Origin: Eledone cirrhosa
Lineage: Eukaryota
Assembly: GCA_964016885.1 (NCBI GenBank)
Contig: OZ024755.1
Location: forward strand, 9,858,001-9,922,000
Length of the DNA: 64,000 nucleotides
Direction: 5' to 3'
The notes under the pieces were generated by a model. That model was given only the letters and a program-made list of their open reading frames with translations, ran no database searches and was not told the DNA's origin. Below are positions 53,726 to 64,000 of the stretch, piece by piece. Position 1 is the stretch's first letter. Every line of letters starts with the position of its first letter. Both the position numbers and the translations under genes were made by a program.

Positions 53726-54952
53726 GTCTGTGATATCACTACACCCCATCGGTTACACCTTGCTCATGAAATCATCGTGAACGGGGCTGAGTATCCCACA
53801 GACAGTGTACCCTTCATGTGATCCTCAGGGAGATTCAGCATGACACAGAATGTGACAAAGCTGGTCTTTCGAATTACAGGTACAACTCATTTTTGTCAGC
53901 TGAGTGACTGGAGCAACATGCATTAAAGTGTCTTGCCTAAGGACACAACACACTACTAGAAATAAAATCCACAACCTTACAACCATGAGCCGAATACCCT
54001 AACCACTAAGCCATGTGCCTTCGTACTTCTACACTATGGAATTCATACATGCACATCACATACAGCCATTTCTCTGACAACAACAGGATCCTGTCTTCTT
54101 TCCTACTTTTTAAGACTTTAGACATTTCTTAGTTTATTCTGAGGTTTACTTTTGTTGATTTTGTTTTGACATCTGGAATTTCTTCTTTAAATCTTCCATA
54201 GATTCAGCTACACAGGAGTAGCCACAACCATCTGGTCAAGCTACATACCTGTATTAGCAAAGCATGGTCTCCTGGCCTTACTTGCCTGCCTCATAATGTG
54301 ACAACCTGTCTAACCCATGCAAGCATCTCCAGATGATGATGATGTATATATTCTTTATATGCATGTATTTGAGATTACTTCTTTCTGTTTATTTCAATCA
54401 CAGACATTCTCCTATCCGTAGTATACAGATGTAGTCTTCTCCCTATGCTTCTTCTACCTCTACTATAATGGCCTCTGCTCCTCACAGACACCCTCTCCAG
54501 TCTCTGACATGCTTCCCCCCCTCTACTTCAATGGCCTCTGCTCCTCACAGATACCCTCTTCAGTCTCTGATATGCTGCCCCCCACTCTACTTCAATGGCC
54601 TCATCTCTCCTCCTCTCATCACCCATGCTATGTCTCACACAAACCATTACACTCAGCCCTTCCTGCTCATAACTCCCTCCATGCTCATGTCTTCCCCAAA
54701 GGAATGAACCTACAATAATTTAACCAGATCAACAACCTTTCTGGCTTTGAGAATCTGTGAAAGCCATGGGTACTGTTCCTTTCCTCAGACCTACCAGACA
54801 ACAATCTCTCTGGTCTTAGAGGACTTGTGAAGACCATGGCTACTGGCCCTTCAAACAAAATTACCAGACAACAGGCTACTGACTCGACTTTAAAGAATAA
54901 TATATTAATCTGATATTGAATACCCATTCTCGTGACCGCCAATACTAAACGA

Positions 54953-54984
<32 letters not shown>

Positions 54985-55683
54985 GTGAAGTAACAAAGTT
55001 TATATATATATATATATATAATGTAAAAATAAAAAACGATCTTGGTGTGCATATATGTGTATGTATGTATATGTGTGTAGCAGGGAAAAAACGGACGTTG
55101 ATGATATATATATACATGCACATACATATATAAAAGATGGCATTATATACACACACATTTACAAGCAGATATATAGAGTTCATTGTTTAGCTATGCGGAA
55201 GAGTTTCACTTTAAGTAGTGTATTTGGCTTGTTTGGTTGGCTCTGATCAGGACAAGAGTGGAGCTATTATACAGCAGGGAAAATACCTAGTGAACTAGTT
55301 CAGGCCATCCTATAATGAAGTCATACCACATTCTCACACCTACACAATTTTAGTCAGTCAGAATGTGATCGCTCTCTCTCCTTTTTATTATCTTTGCCTC
55401 TTCTCTCTCTGTCGTTCATTTTCCCTGCCTTTCCTTCTCTTTCCTCTTCATTTCCTTTGCTTTTCTACGTTTCACACACACACAGACACACATATATATA
55501 TATATATACACATATTTCTTGCCCCCCCCCCCCTCTCTGTCTCCCTCTCCCTTCATATCCCCCTGTCTTTCTCTCCCTTGCCTTTCCCTTTTCTCCCTTA
55601 CTCTCCCATTTAATTTCTTCCACTTTCTGTTGCACCATTCTCTCTCGCTCCCTCTCCCTCTTTCCTCCCCTCTCTCTACCTTT

Positions 55684-55733
<50 letters not shown>

Positions 55734-55884
55734 TACACACACAGGGTGTCCCAAAAATGTATACACATTTCAACACCATTCTAATAAAAATGTGTATACA
55801 TTTTTGGGGACACACTGTATATATATATATCACAAATATATACTATATATATATATATATATATATATACATACACACACACAC

Positions 55885-55917
<33 letters not shown>

Positions 55918-55961
55918 ATGCTCATTTTCGTTGCCTTACTTTCCCACTATCTCATCTTCTC

Positions 55962-56025
<64 letters not shown>

Positions 56026-56233
56026 CTTTCTCTCTACCATTACAATTATTTATTTATCTTTTGTTGTTTCTTTTAGCTCTCATTTCTCCTTTTTCTTTCA
56101 CTATTTCACTCTTCCAATTTCTTCTTTGACTTTCCGTTTCTTTCCCCCGATTCTCCTCAATTTTCTCTCTCTAAAAATTTCAACTTTCCATTATTCATAT
56201 TTTTCAATGACCTTATTTTTCTCATTTTTATTT

Positions 56234-56276
<43 letters not shown>

Positions 56277-57749
56277 TTCTCCTTCCCTCTCCCACCCCAC
56301 ATCTCTATCCTCTTCCTTCTCCTCTCTCGATATCACTATTAACTTTCATACTACTACCACTGTCATTTGCAGGGCGGTGGATTGACAGAATCGTTAGAAC
56401 GTAGGGCAAATGTTTTTTTCCAGTTCTTTACTTTCTGAGTTTAAATCGCATTGGGAGGAGGAGGGGAGGTTAATAAAATAAAGTACCAGTTATATACTGG
56501 GGTTGATTTGAATCAACTCACCTCTAAATTTCTGGCCTGTATTTAAATTAGAAACCAGTATTGCTGTCTCTTGATATTACTTCCCCATATATCATCATCA
56601 TCACCGTTTTACGTCCGTTCTTCCACGCTAGCATGGGTTAGACGGGTTGTCCTGTTGTGGGCAGTGTCTGGTCGGCTGACCATGCCTTGCTCATACAGGA
56701 ACTGATTCTGGCTTGATCTCTACAGCTGGATGCCCTTCCTAACACCAACCTCATTTACAGTGAGTGCTGGGTGCTTTTTTGTGGCACCTCCACGTCCACT
56801 TTACAGTGTGGGCTGGGTGCTTTTTTGCCGTGGCACCTCCACGACCACCTTGCGGTGGGGGGTGTGGGGGCATATTGTTTATATGCTTCAGCTTGTACCC
56901 ATGGGAGGTCGGGTACTCTGTATTACTGCGTGACGCCAGAAGTCACGGTCGTGTGTCATTGTCTTTGAGAGGTGTAATTGGGTAAGGTCGGCTTTTATAT
57001 ATATATATAATTGTTTCTACTTTAGGCACAAGGCCAGCAATTATCCAGTACATTACTGGTACTTTATTTTATCGACCCCGTAAGGATAAAAGGCAAAGTT
57101 AACCTCGGCATAATATATATATATATATAGGAAAAGAGTCAGGACCCCGGGGTCGTGACTCTTTTCTTAATACCCTCTCTACTACCCTAAGTATCGAGTA
57201 CTCTGGTGCATTATGGTCCACCTATATCTTACCACACCTTTGTTATATATATATATATATATATATAGTTGAACAAATAAAACAAAACACCTCCCATGTC
57301 CTAACATTCCACCCATGCCTGAACACCTCACCTCTCACACAGGCCCTTAGATCTACCTCCTCACCCAAGGCCCCAGCCCACACTATAAAGTGGTCATGCA
57401 GGTGACACAAAAATAAGCACCCAGCCCACACTGTAAAGTGTTCTTGTAGGTGACATGACAAAAAGTGCACAGCCCACACTGTAAAGTGTTCTTGTAGGTG
57501 ACATGACAAAAAGCACCCAGCACACACTGTAAATGTGGTTGGTGTTAGGAAGGGCATCCAATTGTAGAAAGTAAGCCCAAATCAATCCTGTATGAGCAAG
57601 TCATGGTCATCAGACCTGGCTTGTCTCACAACGGAGCAACTCGTCTACAGTGGAAAATGGATGGCTATCTATCATGACAACAGCCTAACTTCATTATGGC
57701 ACATGTGTGTGCGAGTCTGTGTGTATGTGTGAGTGTATATATATATATG

Positions 57750-58090
57750 GAGGCACATGGCTTAGTGGTTATGGCATTGGCCTTGCAATCGAAAGGTTGT
57801 GAGTTCAATTCTCGGACCGGGTGATGTGTTGTTTCCTTGAGCAAGACTCTTTATTTCACATTGCTCCAGTTTACTCAGCTGTAGAAATGAGATGATAGGG
57901 ACTGGGGTCCATATCATTCCACTGCAAAGTGGTTGTGGAGGTGCCACGGCAAAAAAAGCACCCAGCACTCACTGTAAATGAGGTTGGTGTTAGGAAGGGC
58001 ATCCAGCTGTAGAAATCAAGCCAGAATCAGTTCCCGTCCCACCCTTGCAAGCAGGGAAAAGTGGATGTAAAATGAAATGATGATGATGAT
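57750..58090 (+). mobile_element. Second tRNA-derived SINE family with an (ATG)n tail
   Basis: A-box TGGCTTAGTGG, B-box GAGTTCAATTC, core GTTGTTTCCTTGAGCAAGAC..TTTATTTCACATTGCTCCAG; near-identical inverted copy at 30640-30885; related copies at 11030, 14157, 17220, 26650, 41255, 52480 and 53740. Confidence 0.85.
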
Positions 58091-58864
58091 GATATATATG
58101 TATATATATATCATCAATTAATTGTAACTTAATGTTATCATCAGTTAGGGGCAGATTAAAGTTACATATATTTAAAGTTTGCAACATCAATCACATATAG
58201 TTAATTATGACACCATTTATCACATATAATGTTAACACCATCAATCAAACATAATGGTGACATCAATCGCATGGAGCCTCTATAAGATTCTTTAAACTGC
58301 TAGAAATATCAATCAAATCTCCTTCAAAATACACCCCACTTGTTAGAATGTTTGATAGAATGCTTTGTGGTATTCGTTCTGGCTCTCTGCACTCTGAGAT
58401 CAAATCCTGCAAAGGTCAACTTTGCCATTCCTCCTTTTGCTATTGATAAATAAAGTATCTATTCAATACTGGAATCAATTCTTTGTCCTCTGTTTTCAAA
58501 ACCCACCCTAGCTCAACTTTGCATTTCATCATTTTGAGCTTGATAAAAAAAGTACCAGTTGAGTACTAGGGCTGATTCTTCTACTATATCGCTCTTTCAC
58601 TTCATCTCTATCACTCACACACACACTCACATACACACACACACACTCTCTCTCTCTGGAAGAAGTCAGCTGTATTTCAACCTGGAGAGGGATAGACCAC
58701 CCCAGGTTTAGATACCCAAGATGACACTCCTACAAATGTTCAGCCACTTGTACATTAATTTCATAAGAAAGCTGTTCCATTAATTGAACAACTGGAACAG
58801 ACACTGTCAAAACTGACTTAGGATCAAAACCCTACTGTTGGTTTATATAAGGGTGTATAATAAT

Positions 58865-59041
58865 TGTTTCTACTTTTGGCACAAGGCCAGAAATTACCCA
58901 GTACATTACTAGTACTTTATTTTATCGACCCCGTAAGGTTGAAAGGCAAAGTTAACCTCGGCGGGATTTGAACTCAGACTGTAAAGGAACGTAAAAGCAT
59001 GGCATCTGACTCTCTACCGATACTGCCAATCCACCGCCCCT
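58865..59041 (-). mobile_element. Full-length tRNA-derived SINE with a Meta/MESC-like core
   Basis: B-box GAGTTCAAATCCC, core TTGCCTTTCA.CCTTACGGGGTCGATAAAATAAAGTAC, perfect 17-bp TSD TAAGGGTGTATAATAAT; over 10 other copies (e.g. 13080, 30495, 37380, 48200, 49232, 50275, 56370, 57007). Confidence 0.9.
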
Positions 59042-60499
59042 TAAGGGTGTATAATAATGAGTTGACTGTTGATGGTTGGGTTGTTTACATAACTTGAGTC
59101 TATTGCCAAGAAGAATTATTTTGTACAAGAATTTTTTTCTTTTTTCAAGCTGAAAATAACATTACAAGATCTGTAGTAAAATGATTTGTCGTATTATGTA
59201 ATGACACGTGAATGATGAATTTATTAATAGATAACGAGCTCACTGTTCCGTTGATTGAACAAGTGGAACATTTGTTGTTGTAATCAACAGAGGTTTAACA
59301 CATACATTACTAATGACTCGGTGGTAATGTAGGTGGCAGGGGTCAGACTAAGTTTGCATGGAACCCCTGGTTAAGGATGGCTGGTTTGTATGGGGCACCT
59401 GCTTGAGAGTGGGTTAAGCTTGCATTGTGCTCCTGGTCATGTATGGGGCAATTGGCCATGACAGGTTTAAGTATGAATGGGGTCCCTGGCCAGTGTGGGT
59501 TTAGTTTACATTGCGCCCTGGCCATGAATAGGTTAAGCTTACAATAATGGGGCACTTTACTGAAAATTTCTATGGGGTTTTTGTGTATTATTTATGGTAG
59601 CAAAATAATTAATTTAGGGTTTGTTATATACTCCCTTTATTATATTATGATGGAACACCTGACCAAAGCTTGCACTGGGACACTTGTCTGAAAATTTAAC
59701 TGAGGTTCAATGCATATTATGGTAGCAAAAAAAAAAATAATAATAATAAATTGGAGCCCTTTAAATATTGTGGTGCCCATGGCCAGGAGAGGATTAAGCT
59801 TACATGGGATCCTTAGCTGTAAATTTCAATGGAGCCCTGTGTATATTATTTATGGGAACCCAGAAAATTAATTTGGGTCATTTAAAAATATTTTATGGTC
59901 TCTGGCTTCAGTCCAATCAGCACCCCACCCTACTATCTTTAATCTGCCACGGGTAAGTGGATATGGAGGTGATGGAGGGCGAGTTGTTGACAGATATTAT
60001 GTATTTATTTAGTTATTTCAAAGCCGAACCTGTGAACAATAGCTGCATTGATTATAGCTTGTCAGTGAACCGACAGAGAGTGGTTCACTGCATTTCTGGT
60101 GACGACATTGACAAGAGGAAATGTCAACTGCTCTTTTAACTTTTGTTTTTTGATAATAATAGTCAGCGAAGACACACTCACACACACACACAGGCACATA
60201 TAAAGTGATATACACCATAAACACACATTCACACACATTCACATACAAAGTCATATACACCATAAACACACACATTCACATACACACACAGGCACATACA
60301 AAGTCATATACACCATAAACACACACATTCACACACATTCACGTACACACACATACACATACACATACAAAGTCACATACACCACACACACACACACACA
60401 CACACATTCATACATGATGAGACAGTTTCAGGCAGTTTCGTATCCCTATCAATACTTTATACTTTGATGTCTGAAAGGACATAGAATATCTAGTCATTC

Positions 60500-60762
60500 T
60501 ACTCAACATCTGGTTAGAATGTCTCAGGAAAGAATCGCTGGACAGATTTTTCGGGCAAAACCAACAAGTAGGAGACCCAGGGGTAGACTCCGAGCAAGAT
60601 GGTTGGATAACATCCATGAGCTTGGCTGGTCACACTTGGAGATCCAGCTAGATCAGTTGGAGAGGGTGCTTCTGACAGGACCAGCTGGAAGGAATGTTTG
60701 AGGACTCTGCCTCCACGGCATTTCAACAAGAAGAAGAAGAAAAAGAAGAAGAAGAAGAAGAA
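60500..60762 (+). mobile_element. RTE-type LINE 3' end with (AAG)n tail
   Basis: MSQERIAGQIFRAKPTSRRPRGRLRARWLDNIHEL followed by an aagaagaag run. Confidence 0.8.
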
Positions 60763-62008
60763 GATCAGGTTCTTTTTCAGGCAATGCTTATGGCTAGATG
60801 CCCTTCCTCATGCCAGCTCCTTTAGCCCCCTCTTACGACATGCAGGAATATGGTGTACCTATTCTAAACCAGATACACACAGAGAAGGTTCCAATCCTTT
60901 GCATCCCCTCTTACGACATGCAAGGATATGGTGTACCCATTCTATATCAGATACACAGAGAAAAACCAAGGGTTAATTAGAGTGGGAGAGAGATAGAGAT
61001 AATAGGTTAAAAGAGATAATCTTTTGTGGCTTGCAAGGCTAACCCCTGATCTATCAGGGAAAACTACCCTAAAATGCATGTTGTGGTTGTGTCTTGTTTA
61101 TTGTGTAATGTGTTTATAATGAAAGTGAGAACCTAAAACTGGACTGTATGTATAATATAATCTATTTTAATGTGAATCAATGGGTTTGACCTGGATAAAG
61201 TTGTTATAAAAATAGAGCATTGTTTGTGCATCTGTTGGAATTATTAAAGCAAATCAGATATTGCATGAATTAAGTCTGGATAATGGTGGCAATAGTGCAG
61301 TTAGATAAATAAATAATAGGGAATTACATTTAAAAGACAAACACCCTCACATGCATTCACATATGTTACCATCATCACCCCCACCATTGCCAACACTACC
61401 ACCACCACCACAAACACAACCGCTGTCATCATCATCATCACCATTACTTCCACCAAACCACATTTACTGTGTGTGCTGGGTGCTTTTTGTCGTGACTCCT
61501 ACACGACCACTTTACAGTGTTGACTGGCAGCTTTTTGTCGTGACTGCTATACAAGACCACTTTAGAGTGTGGGCTGGATGCTTTTTACTTGGATAACAAT
61601 GGTTTTTAATTCAAAGTGAGAGGGAGAGTGTATGTGAGAGAGAGAATGAGTGAGAATGTGAGAGAAAGAAAAAGGAGAGATGGAGAAGAGGGAGAGAGGA
61701 AGAGAGAGGGACAGAGAGAAGGGGAGAGAGAAGGGGAGAGAGAGGGAGAGTATCGACTTCAACATTGAGTTGATACTTTATTTATCAACCACAAATAGAT
61801 GAAGGGTGAAGATGGTCTTGGTGGGATTAGAACCCCCAACCACAAAGAACAGGAACAAACACCACAACTCATTCTCTCCAATATCCTCACAACCCTGTCA
61901 CTCTGCTGAATACAATGTCTGTTAGTGTGTTTGTTCCATGTGTATGAGAGATGTGAATTAAGAATCCTTTTAACACCCATATTGAATGTTCCAAATTTGG
62001 CATCTATA

Positions 62009-62172
62009 CAGTGTTGGATTTAAGACAAATGAGGCCCTGTGCTAGTTAAGTTATGAGGCCACAAACATTTGAAAAATTCATCATCAAAAGTTTTGGTAGG
62101 AAGATGGGTCCTTCCTGGCCAATGGGGCCCTGTGCTTAAGCATACCTAAGCACAATGGTAAATCCTGCACTG
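62009..62172. mobile_element. hAT-type MITE, same family as 19948-20112
   Basis: CAGTGTTGGATTTA...TAAATCCTGCACTG; degenerate 8-bp TSD catctata/gatcaata. Confidence 0.8.
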
Positions 62173-64000
62173 GATCAATACAAGTGGTATAAATGGAAAA
62201 TATATACACAGTATATAGCCTGACAGCAAAATAAAAGATTTATCAATATATTGTTAAAAGTATTTTCAGAAGAGAAGAAGACTGGCGCTATTGGTGTAAC
62301 AAGACATATTTGTTGTTACATGGTTCAAAGTTTTCTAGAGACAACTTGGTATACCATTCTTTTGGCTTAAATAAACTATATACTAATAATACATTGAAGT
62401 GAAATCAATAAACTATATCCATTCTTTTATTCTACTGGCATTATGCCTCATCAAAAGAAATCATTATTTCAGAAGAGGAAAAAACAGTATAGTAATAGAA
62501 ATATTTCAGTGCCAGACAAAACGATTTGGACTATTTAGTGTTGTTGACCTTCTGTAGTTTAAATTCAAATCTTGTAAGGGTTTATTTATTTTTCAACCAT
62601 TCTGGATTTATAAACTAACTCTGGTATATCTTGGGAGTTGATTTCATTTTTCTCTTTTTGTTTAGTTAGGTGAAGTCACTCAGTCTAATGATTAGGCTGT
62701 TGGACTCTCCTCCTCCTCCACTTATTCGTGAGAGGGTCATGGAGTCAGAATCCTCAAACACTTCTTCCAGTGGGTCATGTCAGAAACAACCATCTCCAAT
62801 TGATCTGGGTGGATCCTCAAACGAGACCAGCTGAGCTCATGGATGTTATCCAACCACCTTGCTCAAATATCATAGGTTTGATCATAGGGTTAACACTCCG
62901 ACTACTGCTGCTGGTACTTATTTTTAGCTGAGTTGACTGGAGTAATGTCACCACTATATATATACACTATATACACAATATACATATTATATATATACAC
63001 ACTATATATACACTATATACATACTATATATGATTTTTGTCCAAGAGAAAGGTGAAAACTGATACAGTGTGGCATCAGTGGCTACACAATATATTTTTTC
63101 CAGCTGAGTGAACTGAAGTTTAAAACTTTCAGGTTTGCCATCAAATTTATAAATAACATTGGTCCTTAGTTGTTTGTTTTATATGTTTGTTTGTTGTTAA
63201 TAAAGTTTTTAATTTTAGTTTCACTGTGAAATAGACCTATGGGGGTTGGCTGGAGGTGAAGTAAAGGTCAAGGGTTAAACCAAATAGCCTAACTGTGATT
63301 AAACAATTATTTTTTAGCCTGTAATATTTGGGATGATTGCGCAACCTGAGCCACGATCACTGTCAATGAACTGTTTGTCATTGTTGGTGGAGTCACTTTA
63401 CTAAAGTATCAGGTAATGCTTGTGAAGGTTTGAGAGGATACTTGGCTATTTTAGCATCTTAGCCATGCTATCACCTGTTGCAATGCTGTTTGTGTCTAGA
63501 CTTGACACAAAAGTCACATTTGATATGTTTGGGGTAGTTGGACTACTGACAATGAGGTTCTTATTATTGTTGGTGAGGTCACTTAGGTAACACTCTTGAG
63601 GGTGCTTGGCTATTTCAGAACCTTAGCCTCGCTACTACCTGTGGCAATGTTGTGTCTTGGCTTGCCTCAAACTTTTTGTTTTTTGAAGGGAAACACCCAC
63701 ATTCCCTGTTGTAGTGTAATAAAGTGTATAATTGTGTTTTAATTTCTTGTGATTTTTTTCTTTTGTAAATCATATCAAGCCTTCTGGTGATAAGGGGCAT
63801 TGGGGGCTTAAGCCCCTCAAATGGGACTTTGTCAGTTTCAACGATAAGTGTTCCTGTTGTGGGATCAACAGGACAGCCAGCTTGCGAAATTAACGTGCAG
63901 GTGGTTGAATATTCCACTAGCATATATACCTTTAACATAGTTTTTAGGGGTATTTAGCATGATACAGTCTGGGCCGGATTTAATGGGGGGGGGGGGGGGG

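Overview
This is AT-rich eukaryotic (animal) genomic DNA with GT-AG spliced genes and dense microsatellites. Its SINE, MITE and LINE families look like those of an octopod cephalopod; that is inferred from repeat style, not proven. Three protein-coding genes can be rebuilt by hand with consistent splice phases. (1) The 3' part of DLAT (pyruvate dehydrogenase E2), + strand, 7 exons, 218-5473. (2) A complete ABHD13-type alpha/beta hydrolase, - strand, 7 exons, 16366-6445, 396 aa, converging on DLAT. (3) A complete BTB-BACK-6xKelch protein, + strand, 6 coding exons, 26214-33258, 564 aa. From about 34 kb to 64 kb there is no recognisable coding exon, only repeats and a few CpG-rich, motif-dense islands. 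No prokaryotic-type system (CRISPR etc.) is present. The most unusual signals are a zero-spacer palindrome element family inside (TA)n (38993 and 57128), minisatellite arrays amplified from transposon ends or internal segments (18.9 kb and 51.2 kb), CRE-clade retroelement remnants including an inverted pair, an inverted duplication bracketing an NF-kB/IRF/CRE-like motif cluster, and an orphan promoter-like island at 46-47 kb.
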